From Narcine bancroftii (taxonomy: Eukaryota): DNA of 64,000 bases. The position numbers and the translations under genes are program-made. The stretch lies in assembly GCF_036971445.1 (NCBI RefSeq), contig NC_091473.1, positions 250,914,001 through 250,978,000 of the forward strand. Reading direction: 5' to 3'. Shown here in pieces: positions 51,365 to 64,000 of this stretch (positions are counted from its first letter, which is position 1; each line of letters starts with the position of its first letter). Below the pieces are notes generated by a model. The model did not search any database. It worked only from the letters and a program-made list of their open reading frames with translations, and was not told where the DNA came from.

Positions 51365-53860
51365 TAATTTGTGATTTCACAAGGAGAAACTCAAGTCAGA
51401 AGTGTTGGTATTTTGGTGGAATAGACAAGGGAACTGGCCATAGGGGGCACTGGAAGGGAATATTGTAGTGTAGCAATGGGTGGAGTTTCAGCAAGAAATG
51501 GAGAAGGTGCAAGATAAATACACACCAAAATAAAACTATTCAAATGGAAAAATGTCACAGCTGTAGCTGACGAAGAAAGTTAAAGCCAACATCAAACCAA
51601 AAGAGATTAAGTAAAAATTAGTGGGAAGGTAAAGGATTGAGAAGTATTTTAAAACTTGCAGAAGGAACTGCTAACTAAAAAACTCATGAGGAGGGAAAAC
51701 GTGAAGTATGAAGTGGGCAAGCCAACAAAACAAAAAGATTCTTCAAGTATATACAGAGTAAAAGAGAAGCAAGAGTTGATAAAGGAACATTAGGAAATAA
51801 CACTGGAGAAATAATAACGGTAGATAAGGAGATGGCAATGGAACTAAATGAGTTTTTTTGCATCGATCCACTGTGGAAGACATGAGCAGAATGCAAGATG
51901 TTGAAGGGTATTGGGGAGGGGAAGAGAGGGCAGTTACTATTTCAAGGGAGAAAGTGACCAGAAAGCTGAATTGCCTAAGGGTAGATAAGTCCTCTGGACC
52001 AGATGGATTACACCCTTGCGTTCTAAAAGAAGTATTGGTAGAGATTGTGGAGACATTGGTAATAATCTTTCACAAATCAATGGATTGTCACATGGTCCTG
52101 GGGGACTTGAAAATCACAAAGTCATCCTACTGTTCAAGAAGTGATGTTGGCAAAATCCAACTTTGGCTGAGGTGGTAACGTAATGGAGTAGTGGCTCATT
52201 GGGAAAACCAGCCCTGCACAGTAAAAGTTGGAAAAAAAGGTAGAAAAGCAAGGCAAAGAAGTAAAATTTTAAGAAGTTGCAAGATTAAAAAGCATACGAA
52301 GAACTTGAGGATGGCTGCAAAGAAGGAAAAGAATCCAACGACAAGCAAAAAAGAGGTGAGGAAATCACCAGAATAAATAGAGGAGCTCTCGTAAATAGGA
52401 TGGACTAAGCAGTAAAGTCGGTAAGTGGCTGCAACGTCTCCCGGGGCGGTCTGGAACATTGGATTGCGGAGACTGTAAAAGAAATGCCAGCCCACATGTT
52501 CAGTATGCATAATAAAGAGGACACTGAAGGGAACAGATGCCGACAAGAAAACACTGACTCTATAATGGGAGAAGCCGCGGAGTAGGCAACGAAAGAAACA
52601 GGATCAACACGGAGCCAAGGAATGGAGCAAGATAAAGAAGATCGAGAGGAAGATCCTGCCTGACCAGGCTGTGGATGTTGAAAATCTAAATAGATAAGGC
52701 TTTCGATAAGGTGCCTCATATTAGGCTGCTAAATAAGATGAGGGCCTATGCAATTACAGAGAAGTTATTAAACTGGATAGATAAGTGGCTGATAGGTACC
52801 AAGCAAAGGGTTGAAATTAAGGGTTCTATCTCTGGATGGCTGCCTGTAACGAGTGGTGTTCTGCAGGGGTCGGTATTGGGGCCGCTGCTGTTTACAATTT
52901 ATATTGTTGATTTGGATTGTGGTATGAATGGTTTTGTGGCCAAATTTTCGGATGGCACCAAGATAGGTGGCGGAGTAGAAAGTGTAGTAGAAACCGTAAA
53001 GTTGCAGAAGGATATAGACAGATTTGGAGGCTGGGCAAAATTATGGCAGATGAGATTTAACATAGAGAAATGTACAGTTGTACATTTTGGCAGTGGAAAT
53101 AAACAGGCAGAATATTATTTGGATGGGGTGAAAATACAGACCTCGGATGTACAAAGGGACCTGGGGGTCCTTGTGCAAGGAAACCGAAAAGTTAATGACC
53201 AGGTGAAATTGGTAGTGAAGAAAGCGAGTGCTATGTTGGCCTTCATTTCAAGAGGAATAGTGTACAAGAGTAAAGAGGTGTTGATGAGGCTCAATGGGGC
53301 ACTGGTGAGACCTCATTTGGAGAACTGTGTGCAGTGTTAGGCCCTCTGTCATAGAAAGGATGTGATGTTGTTGGAGAGGGTGCAGAGGAGATTTACTAGG
53401 ATGATTCCTGGAATTGACGGGCTAATGTATGAGGAGCGTTTGGCAGTTCTTGGGTTGTATTCATTGGAGTATAGGAGAATGAGAGGAAGTCTCAGAGGCT
53501 TTTCGTATTCTGAAAGGTTTAGATAGGGTGGATGTGGGTAAGATGTTTCCCTTGGTGGGTGAATCGAGGACAAGGGGTCATAGTCTGAAAATTAGAGGTT
53601 ATCCATGTAAAACAGAGATTAGGAAGAACTTCTTTAGCCATAGGGTTGTGGGTCGGTGGAACTCACTGTTCCATACAGCGGTGGAAGCTAGATCACTGGG
53701 AGTATTGAAACAAGAAATAGACAAGTGTCTCATTAGTGAGGGCATCAAGGGATATGGGAAAACGGCCAGAAATTGGAACTAGCGTAGAGTAGCTTAGTGT
53801 AGATTTACGAAACAGACTCGATGGGCCTAGTGGCCTGCTTCTGTTCCTTGGTTTTGTGAT
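51365..53860 (+). mobile_element. CR1 LINE ORF2 (degenerate) interrupted at ~52145-52690 by an unrelated, possibly L1 5'/ORF1-like, segment
   Basis: KSSGPDGLHPCVLKEV; ORF 52711-53340 SGVLQGSVLGPLLFTIYIVDL...KFSDGTKIGG...LVRPHLENCVQ; 3' RKNFFSHRVVGRWNSL. Confidence 0.88.
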
Positions 53861-53879
53861 CCCAATTATAATTGGAAGA

Positions 53880-54910
53880 GCAAGATATATTACTAAAGCC
53901 CCTGACAATTGCAGAAATACATGATACACTAATGACATTACCAAATAATAAAGCGCAGATGGATTTCCTACAGAGTTTTCTAAGGTATTCAATAATCTAT
54001 AAATTCTGCCACTCTTAGAGGTAAAGAAACAGGTGGAAGAGACCCAGAATTTGCCTGACTCATGTAAAATGACAATAATTGCAGTCATTAGGAAAACCAG
54101 AAAAGAGCCATTGTCACCGGCTTCATGGAGACCAATATCTTTACTAAATACAGTTTATAAATAAATAGCAAAATTACCAGCAAATAGATAAATAGACTGT
54201 GTACTGAAATTAATGACACGAGATCAGACAAGATTTGTTAAAAATAAAAAAGTGGCAAACAATGTCTGTAAATTTATTAATTTAATCCATTCAGCATAAT
54301 AAATAAAACAGCTGTGGCAGGGGCTCTTGATGCAGAGAAAGCTTTTAATAATGTGGAATGGAATTATCTGTTTAAAATACTAGGAAATTCAAATTACCAG
54401 AAATAAATTATTAATTGGATAAAAGCACTGTATAATGGTTCTTTGGTAAAATAATGGTGACAAATAGATATGTTTAAGACCACTTTAAATTCAATAGATC
54501 AACAAGACATGGATGCCCATTATCACCATACGAGTTTGCTTTGGCTATTGAACCACTGACAGAGCTGATAAGAAAATAACTTACAACAAAGGGAATAAAA
54601 GTAAAAGAGGAAGAATTTAAAATTAACTTATTTGCAGATGATATTAAAGTATATTTAACAGACCCAGATACATCAATAAAAAGGTTATATACAAAATTGA
54701 AAGAATATGGGGCAATATCAGGATACAAGATGAATATCGATAAAAGTGAAGTGATGCCAATAAAAAAAGTGGATTATACAAAATGTAAAAAGGAATCCCC
54801 TTTAAAATGGCAATCACAGGCTATACATTACTTAGGTATCAGGATAGATGATAATTTAAATCATTTGTATAAATTAAATTAGCAACCATTAATAAGAAAA
54901 TACAGGAAGA
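53880..54910 (+). mobile_element. L1-clade ORF2 RT fragment
   Basis: WRPISLLNT, LDAEKAFNNVEWNYLF, GCPLSP, LFADDIKVYL. Confidence 0.85.
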
Positions 54911-56470
54911 TTTGACAATGGCTGAAAGGGAGAAGCCAGAGAGTAGTGGTGGATGATTGCTTCTCAGTCTGGATGACTGTGACTAGTGGTGTGCCTCAGG
55001 CATCGGTGCTGGGATCATTGTTGTTTGTCATCTATATCAATGATCTGGTTGACAAAGTGATAAATTGGATAAACAAGTTTGCAGATGACACTAAGATTGG
55101 AGGTGTTGTGGACAGCGAAGAAGGTTTTCAAATCTTGCAGAGGGATCTGGACCAGCTGGTAGAATGGACTGAAAATTGGCAGATGAAATTAAATGCAGAC
55201 AGGTATGAGGTGTTGTCTTTTGGAGGGACATACATAGAAAGGACATAAACAGTGAATGGTCGGTCTCTGAGGAATCCAGCAGAACAGAGGGATCTGGAAA
55301 TGCAGATACTGAATTCCCTAAAAGTGTCATCACATGAGAATAGGTCTGCAAATAGAGATTTTGGCATATTGGCCTTCATTAATCAAAGTATTGAGTGCAG
55401 GAGTTGGGATGTTGCATTAAATTTGTATAAGACATTAGTGAGGCCAAATTTGGAGAATTGTGTGCAGCTTTGGTCACATATCACAGGAAGGATATCAATA
55501 AGATAGAAAGTGTGGAGATAAAATTTATAGGATGTTGCTCAGACATCACGGACTAAGATACAAAGTAAGGTGAAACAGGTTAGAACTTTATTCCCTGCAG
55601 CATAGAAGAATGAGGAGAGGTTTGATAGAAGTATATAAATTATGATAGTAAATATAGAGAAGCTTTTTCCACTGAGAGTAGGTGAGATACAAACCAGAGG
55701 ATATAGGTTTAGGGTGAAAGAGGAAAGCTTTACAGGGAACATTAGTGGAAACCTCTTCATACAGAAAGTGGTGGGAGGTGCTAGTTAAAGAGGTGAATGC
55801 AGGCTCATTTATGAAGAACGTGGACAGGTACATAGGTGGGGGGTTTGTGGAGGCCCATTGAGTGAGAGCAGGTCAGTGGAACTAGACAAACACAAATGGT
55901 TCGGCACAGACTGGAATGGCTGAAGGGGGCTGATACAGTGCTGTAATGTTCTATGGTTCTAAGGTTTTATGGGAGGTTGAGGCTTTATAAGGCACAGTTG
56001 AGACCTCCCCTGGAGTATTGGGAGCTCTTCACTGAAAAGCTGATGTTGGGAAGGGTTCAGGGGAAGTTCTCATGGATGATTCGGGGAATGAAAGGGTTAT
56101 CATATGAGGAGTGTTTAACAGCTCTCATCCTGTACTCATTGGAATTTAGGAGAATAAGCGTTCTCATTGAAACATTTCAAATGTTGTGAGGTGTGGTCAA
56201 AGTAAATGTAGAAAGGATTTTTCCCCATGGTGGGAAAGTCCAGGACCTCACTTCAGGATTGAAGGGCCTCCACTTAGAACAGAGGTGCAGAGGAATTTCT
56301 TCAGCCAGAGGGTGATAAATCAGTGGAATTTGTTGCCACCGGCACTGGGTGTATTTAGAGCTGAGATTGGTAGGTTCTTCATTACCCATGGCAGTGGGGC
56401 TGAGTGGGAACATGGATCAGCTCATGATAAAATGGTGGGGAAGACTCAATGGGCTGGAGCCTATTCCTGA
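54911..56470 (+). mobile_element. CR1 fragments (paralog of 501-2060)
   Basis: ORF 54946-55248 is nearly identical to ORF 537-839. Confidence 0.9.
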
Positions 56471-57300
56471 TACTTTGCCTCCAGTCTGTTCTCGTCTTAC
56501 ACAAAGGGGTGTGAGCTGAAGTGGAGATTAACCCAAGGCACACCCCGTCACAATGCAGGGCAGAGGGGTGAATGAGACAGGGTCGAACAATGCAGGGGAT
56601 AGAATGGTGTAGGCTGGCCAGGAATGGGCACAATTCTCAGCTGGGGGTGGGGGGCCTAACTCAGTCATGATGATAGATTCACCAACACACTATACAGCAC
56701 AGTAACAAGCCCTTCCAGCCAACAAGCCCATCCTGCCCAAATAACCCAATTCACCTACAGCCCCAGTACATTTTGAAGGGTGGAGTTCAACCAGAGGACC
56801 TGGAGGATACCCACGCAGAGATGGGGAGACCATACAAGCTGCTTACAGACAGCACCGGATTCCAACCCCAGTTGCTGTAATGGTGATGTGTTAACCATGA
56901 CAATAAATGTCCCACCCTAGAATTCCGGGACAAGTGGGTGAGTATGCGTTTGGGAGGGTACATAATGTGGTCACAGTCTGTCCGCGGTACATGAAGACAA
57001 GGCTTGGGGTGGAGAATGCAGTGCCAGTCCAGTGGACAAGCTCCTCCTGAAGGACACCGGTCTTGTGGAGCACCTGGGAGCTCCACTCATCCAGGAAAGA
57101 GGTGGGAAAACCAGAACAATTATGACTGGGGCAATGAAATTTCTGGTGCTGTGTAGAAGTGAGTTACCAGATAGTTCAGACAGCACAGGAAGTCCATGAC
57201 ATGTCAAGAAAGGAACTGGGCTATGTGTCTGCTGTGTGAAAAGGGAAGTAGCCAACCTAAAGAGAAGTCACGGACCCAGCTGGTGTAATACAGCTGAAAG

Positions 57301-57397
57301 ATGGAGGTAGCGTGGGCTGAATTCACCCACCAGAAACAACCCAGTTATAAGGTTACCATCGCTCTGCTGCTTCTCATCTCTGTTGACCTCTCATCAG
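57301..57397 (+). CDS. Gene 3 leader exon
   Basis: Same peptide as the gene 1 leader; CAG|GTAAAT donor. Confidence 0.8.
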
Positions 57398-59049
57398 GTA
57401 AATCATTATATTTTCATAAACAAGGTTCTGTAGCCTTATTCTTAGCTGTTGTTTAGAATCATTCATTTGGGCCATGGTTTTTTTTTAATGTCGGAAGCTG
57501 ACAAATGGTAGAAACATCTGTGTCACAGCCTGCACTGAGCACTGAGTGAAAGATAACTCAATCACAGCCTTGCAGGTTCCTGCACTGACTTCCAGCAGTC
57601 GTTGTGGCAGATTTATGAGCAGATAATCTGCAATCTCCCTCAATAACTACCCCAGAACCGGAGAAATTTGCAGAGGCCAAGAAACTCAGTTCCATCAGAG
57701 ACCGGTTCAGACAAAGAGAGAAACTGAAAGCAACGTGGAACAGCCACAGAACGAAATTTCGTGGAGAGGAAAGGCAGGATTTCTTTCAAGCCCAGTCGAA
57801 GTGGCCACAGTACAGAAGCAGAACATTGCTGGAAATCTGCAATAAGAGCAGATCAGGAAAGAAATAGCCTGCAGAGAGAAATCGTATTGAGTTCGGATTT
57901 TGTTTCCATTGTTAACAACTCTTTGACAGTATAATCCTTAAAACTTTGTCTCCCTTCCTGGAGAAGTGGTGGACACCCTCCCCTAGTTGCCATTGGCAGA
58001 TGAGTGGGATGGGGACTTTCAAGGTTTCCATGGAAACAGCCAAACTATTGGGACGGAATCGTCCACGATCGAAAACCCAGTATTACAAACGCTTCACACC
58101 GGCAGAGCAGAACCCTACCAACGATTGCCAAGCTGCCCACTTTCATAGCCAGGCACAATAGTCCCAACCTTTAAAGTTCAGAACTCCCCTTTCTCTCCAT
58201 CTCCACTGCGGCAAGTCTCCAGTTGCTCTCACCTGCACAGAGAAAAACGTGGGATGCTGGGAACTTTGCTAGGACCCAGGGGATAGTGGATGCCTGCTGC
58301 TCCCTCTAACCACGTTCCATCCAATTACAACAAATAGCCTGGACGTTGCCCACATCCTGTAGCCAAGGATAATTGTCAGTATGGGGTTGAACATGGTAGA
58401 GGAACGACCAAGACCCCATTCCTTGCCTGTTCCTGACACGCAGAACCCACACTTCCTGTTGGAGATCGGCTGGCTCTGTGAGTGAGTCAAGGTCAGGGGG
58501 AGAAAAATCTCCCATGGTCTTCTTGTACAAGCCCCATTCCAGCATGGAACTGGGCCTCAGGGAAAAAGAGGATCTGACTTAGTGTGAGAGAGACATGTTG
58601 GGAGAGAGGAGGCAAACCATTATTTTCCTTCATTGTGATTATCTGAGTTGGTGAGGAATATCCAGCTGCAGATTTTCTAACTGAAGTTTCTGGGGGGGAA
58701 GTGGTCTCAAGGAGCAAGTCCACCATTTGTTGCCCATCTCTGCTTGCCGCAAGGGGCTCGTGCTGAGGTCCCTGTGGAAACCCTGCAGAGATCGCATCCC
58801 TAGAACTCACCACAAGAAACAACAGACAAACATGTTGGAAAATCAGGCTGAGGCATTCTGCTTTCACTCAAACTTGAGGAACAGCTTCGATGAAATGAGA
58901 ATTCACACCAGGATTAGAATATTGAAGTGCAACATGACGTGGACAAAATCATGAATCTCCATGAACGGTAGAAATGCCACAGTTCTATTGCTAAATTCAG
59001 CTTGTGTGGATGCAGTGTGGGTAATCTTTCATCTTTTATGTTCCAACAG

Positions 59050-59364
59050 GTTCAATTGCAATAACTGGTCCCAAACACGTTAAGGGAGAAGAAGGACAGT
59101 CGATCACTATGGAATGTCGGTATGATCGGAAATACAGGGACTACAAGAAACAATGGTGTAGTGGTTATTTATATCTATCAAGGGCTGTTGTGGTTTCTTC
59201 TGATCGACCACAACATGGAAGATCATCGATGACTGATAACAAGACAGAGGCGATAATGTCATTCACCATAGACAACCTACAGAAGGAAGATGAAGGATGG
59301 TACTGGTGTGTGATCGAAAAAATGATAAATGAAAAGATTTCATTTTACTTACAAGTTTCTGAAG
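59050..59364 (+). CDS. Ig V-set exon, type C (gene 3 single domain)
   Basis: Same protein as 19423-19737; splice sites intact. Confidence 0.92.
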
Positions 59365-62200
59365 GTACGTTGACAAGTTCTCCTCACTTGGCCAAAATTT
59401 GAAAATTCCACCCTTGCCCCTCCCACCCTCAGCTCTGATGGTGACTCAGTCCCACATTTCCATGGCATCAAAGGGGTGGGGACTCATCAACTAGGTTTTT
59501 TGTCTCTTGGGGGGAGACAACAACACCCCCTCGGCAGGACAGTCCCGACAGCCAACTGTTCTGCTCTTGAGTTATTCCCCCACAGCCAATTGCTCCGAGA
59601 TCAGAATCTTGCCCACACCCACTGGAACAGGTGGGACTGCAGACCTCCACCAGCTCACACTACCCACCTCTGCAGTCCCACCCAGCCCATTCCCACCCAT
59701 TGGTGATATCAGCCGAGTTCTGTTCACTTCCTCAGTTATTCTCCTGATGGAAAGGCTGATCCTGAGAGAGTGAAGTAGATAATCTGGGATATATTTAGCG
59801 GGTTGGGCAGCATCTTTAGTGGGAGAAACTGGGTTAATATTTAAGAGAGATATCCTTCGTCCGATTTGGGCAAGTTTCAAGATCCAGGTGTGGGAGGAGT
59901 CATGGAGGGAAAAGAAAGGAAGCCCATTGATAATGTCATGGAGCCACTGCCTCTAACAGCATAGAACAGACCCATCAGATCACCAGCTGTGCTCAACCCA
60001 TTTCATCTGTCACATCCTATATGAATGGTTCCAGGCCCATTTCGATATCCATTCAAGGTAAGAGTCTCTGCCATCACCTTCTCAGGCAGTGCTTAAGATC
60101 CCAACCATGTTCTGGGTGAGCAAAATCTTCTCTATATCTCCTGGAAACATTTTACATCGAAACAAAAGGCTTTGCGCTCTGGTTATAATGACCTCTGCTG
60201 CATAGAACATTTTTACTGCTATCAATCCTACCTCTCCCCCATGTAATGTTGCACATCCCATTCAGATCAGCTCTGAGTTTTCACCTCCACAAGGAAGACA
60301 ACCCAGCCTCTCCATCCTATCCTCACAATGGAAATGTTCCTATGCATGCTGTGTGACCTCCATCATTTTGGTCATTACTACATTCACACATCTGCAGTGT
60401 TCCACTGTTATCACTCTACGCCTACTTCCCCACTGTCTTATTCTCTCAGCCCCTTTACAATGACCATCCACTCCCCCTCCCTCAGCCTTGTTCTTTTTCT
60501 ACCCCTCTCCCACACTCTCCATTTCTATCTCTCCCCCTTCAGGTGCTCCAGCTTCCCAAAAGGTGGAATTGGAGCCCCAGACCTGTTCCTTTCAGTACTG
60601 GCAGTGGACACTTCAGGCTTCCTCCCTCATCTTGGGTCATTGAGCCAGTGGGAGCTGAGGTGGGGACCAGCAGCAAGAATCCAGTCTGCGGGCTGAGGAA
60701 TGTCCCAGCAGTGGGCAGCCTTTGGTGGAGAGGCTAATCGTAGCCTTGACTGCTTCATGGATGTCCCCAGATCTAGGATGCTTTCAAGGACTCCTTCACC
60801 AGATGCACAGTTGCTCATCCAGGGAGGTTTCCCTGGACAAAAACTTGACTCACAATAGGAAACTACACAAACAGTGGTCTCTTTGTGGAAAGTTTCCAGA
60901 AATTATTTCCCAGAAATCTCCAGAATATGCACCCCCCAATCAACCCCAACCTCTGAAACACATCCATCTACTGTTCAATCATTCCCTGATCCACCCTGGG
61001 CCTCAACACTTCTGGGTCAGTTCTCCAGAATCCTCCATTCCTTGAACTTTAAAACATTTAACTCTACTCTAAATATCTCTCATCAGCTTTTCTCCTGCAC
61101 TCTCAGGCAGTGAGAATTCCAATTGTTCACTGCCCTCCAAAGGAAGAAAGGTCAGCCTCAGCACACCTCAAATTTAAATTACCTGCTCCTAACTTTGTTT
61201 GCCTTTACTGGCTCCTTTTATTCCGGTCTCATTTGAATCACCTCCCATTCTTCTGAATTCAAAGGAATTCAGCCCCATCTAATTCGTCTCTCTGAATGGA
61301 ACAACCATTACAGGAAGGATGTGGAAGATATGGAGAAGGTGCAGAGGAGATTTACCAGGATGTTGCCTGGATTGGGAAACGAGTCTGATGAGGCGAGCTT
61401 AGTGGAACTGGGACTTTCCTCTTTGGAGCGTACAACGTCGAGAGGAGACTTGATTGAGGTCTACAAGAATATGAGAAGAATAGATAGGGTGGATGGCCAG
61501 CGCCTTTTCTCCAGGGCAGAAATAGCAAACACCAGATGACATATGTACAAAGTGAAGGGAGGGTAGCAAACACCAGATGACATATGTACAAAGTGAAGGG
61601 AGGGATGTTTAGGGGAGACATCAGGGGCATTTGAAAGATGCTTAGACAGGTACATGGATGGAAGAAAAATAGAGGGAACGGGGTAGCGTGGGTTTAGTTT
61701 TTTCAAAGGAATATATGAATCGGCACAACATCAAGGTCCAAAGGGCCTGTACTGTTCTATGTAGCTCTCTCCCATCCCAGCAGTTGGCCTGTTGAACTTC
61801 CTTTGGGCTACCTCCAATGCTACTCTGTCTTTTTGGTGAAGGGTTCCAACACTGTACACACAGTTCCTGGTGAGGTTTCACCAGTACCATGTGCAATTGC
61901 GACAAACCCTCCCTACACTTAAACTCCATCCCCTTTCCAATGACTGTGGCCTTCCCAGCTTCAGGTTGGACCAGCCTGTTAGACTTTGGCGAGTCGTGCA
62001 CTAGGACACTGCGATCTCTCTGTAACTCACTCACTCATGAGCAGCCTCACTCTGTTAAGACAATAATCTGCCATATTTTCGCCACAATCATTCCATTCAC
62101 ATCAACGTTCTCGTCTTGATGTGCTCTTCCATCCACCCTCACCTCATTGGCACACTTAGGTTGTAAACAATTTAGGGCCAAGGAGCAATTCCTTGGATAT

Positions 62201-62364
62201 TCCAAAACTTGCATCCTCTCAGCCGGAAATGGTATCCTTCATTCTAGCTCCATATTTTCCATGTGACGGCCACTCTTCATTCTCCAAAACTTGCATCCTC
62301 TCAGCCAGAAAACGTCCCCTTCATTCTAGCTCCATATTTTCCATGTGACGGCCAGTCTTCAATC
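62201..62364 (+). repeat. ~82-bp minisatellite, 2 units
   Basis: Unit starts at 62201 and 62283; same unit as 22584-22910. Confidence 0.9.
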
Positions 62365-63245
62365 CGTGCCGGGACACTTGCTCAGTATCTCAAGGTTCAA
62401 GCTTCCTTTTGTCGTCATAGTAACACATAAAAATATAATTGACAGGATATGTTTCCATTTTTGTTGGCTGCAAGGTAAACAAATAGTTGCCACGAGCCTT
62501 GCCCAGCTCCCCTAAAGAGAAGCAAAAGAGAATTCCTTCAGACACACCGAGTGGCCGTGGATTCGCCTCCCGTGCTCCCACAACTTCTGCCATCACACAG
62601 GACTCCTGCCTGATTCATCAACAACCCGAGCCCAGATCCAAACCTCCAATACGATCAGGAAGCTGTAAGTGCCTCAGGCCCTTCTATCCTCAGCACCATC
62701 TCAAATCCCGGTTCGAATACCTGGTGCCCCTGAGCCGGTGTCCAGCAGCCCACAGCCTATGTGGATCTCCCAGTGGTCAACCACTTCAATTCTGCATCCC
62801 ATCCCCATGCTGACATGACCATGGTCTCGTGCTGTCAAACAAGTCCATCAGTCAACTGGTGAAACAACACTCAATTTTCCATCTCCAACCAGATGGCATT
62901 AACGACTTCTCCAGTTTCCGCTTGCCCACTCCCCGCTCTCCCTCCCTTCCTTTTCACCTCATCTTCTTTCCTCCATTTCCCCACCCTTCCCTCTCTATTC
63001 ACAGACCCATCCCTCCTCCCCACGTTAGCTGCTCTGCCCTCCCTCCCTTATATCTTATGCCTGTGGGGCTGTGCTCCTCCCATTGCCCCTGCCCTTCCCC
63101 CATCACTTTATTGAGGCGCCTGCTTACATTTTGTCATCTCTTGATGCTGGGCTCAAGAGATACATTGGCGATGTATCTTTATCCTTACTCTAAAAGGGAT
63201 CTATTTGACCTTTTGAGTTTCTCCAGCTTTGTGTTTTGACCTTAG

Positions 63246-63351
63246 ATTCTTCATCCATTGTAACCTCTGGGCCGAGCACATTCAGCATGAAAACAGCAGG
63301 TGCTGAGACCTCCACAGCAGCCTTGCAGACCTCTTCATCGCCTCAAACCTG
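63246..63351 (+). CDS. Ser/Thr-rich stalk exon (gene 3)
   Basis: Paralog of 23794-23899 (DSSSIVTSGPST...PQT) with the same acceptor and donor. Confidence 0.68.
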
Positions 63352-63427
63352 GTCAGTCACTCTAAGCCACAACTCTTCATTGCACAGGTTAATCACTGAA
63401 TTAGGGCCATCTGAAAATGACTCAGAA

Positions 63428-63910
63428 TCCGAATTCATTGACATGAAATTTGTTGTTTTACTGCAGAGTCACAGGGCAAAATAAATAAAAATAGTGCAGG
63501 AAAAAGCCAGTCAGGCAGTATCTGTGGTTCATTGTTTATTCAGGAATCTGATGGCAGAGGGGAAGAAGCTGAGTGCTTGTCTTCAGGCTCCTGTGCCTTT
63601 TATTTCCAATGTTCAGAGCATGATCTTCCAATTCTGGAAGGTTTGACACTCAAAGGAATGGCCAATTGGAGTCCTTCTTCCAAAACTGCTCTTTGCCTAT
63701 ATCTGCAGACACTCGGGTCTGATCCTGACTTCCGATACTGACTCAGACAGACTGTGGTCTTTCCTTCAGGAAGTCCAGAATCCATTTACCAAGAGGGGTG
63801 CTGAGTCCCAGCGAGGACAGCTTCTCTACCAGCCACTGGGGAATGACTGTGTAAAACGCTGAGCTGAAATCAATGAACAGCAGCCTGGCATATGAAGAGT
63901 CGTTCTGCAG
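63428..63910 (-). mobile_element. Rex1/Babar-clade LINE fragments (tail and RT)
   Basis: Minus strand ~63905-63745 reads [42 protein letters not shown]; 63428-63600 resembles the 31670-31870 insert. Confidence 0.75.
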
Positions 63911-64000
63911 GCATATAGCCTACTAACCAGAGGACCCAGAGGAAATTCAGTCACTGAGAGAATGTGCAAACACCACGCAAACAGTATCGGAGGTCAGGAT

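Noticed and set aside
52711-53340. 209-aa RT ORF as an active retrotransposon
   Set aside because: The catalytic motif is mutated (FSDG instead of FADD), and the ORF is flanked by stops, frameshifts and an interrupting segment.

Overview
Eukaryotic, vertebrate genomic DNA, most likely a cartilaginous fish. That is inferred from the repeat content: CR1, L1, Penelope-like, Rex1/Babar and RTE retroelement fragments plus V-SINEs. Most short ORFs in the track are repeat-derived or spurious. The real signal is a + strand tandem cluster of three paralogous Ig-superfamily receptor genes of the CD300/pIgR/TREM-like (skate MDIR-like) V-set class. They are built from a near-identical 97-nt leader exon and 315-nt phase 1-1 V-domain exons of types A, A', B and C. 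Gene 1 (2889-30909) is leader-A-B-A-B-C-Ser/Thr stalk-TM (Arg+Lys)-Tyr-free tail, about 662 aa with five V domains. Gene 2 (37045-47840) is leader-B-A-A', with no stalk or TM exon found. Gene 3 (57301-63351+) is leader-C-stalk and probably continues beyond the window. Domain number (5/3/1) appears to vary by unequal crossover inside repeated intronic modules. The V domains show almost only amino-acid-changing differences, and all lack the C' cysteine typical of the family. All exon calls were made by eye from splice consensus, phase compatibility and translation; there is no transcript evidence.
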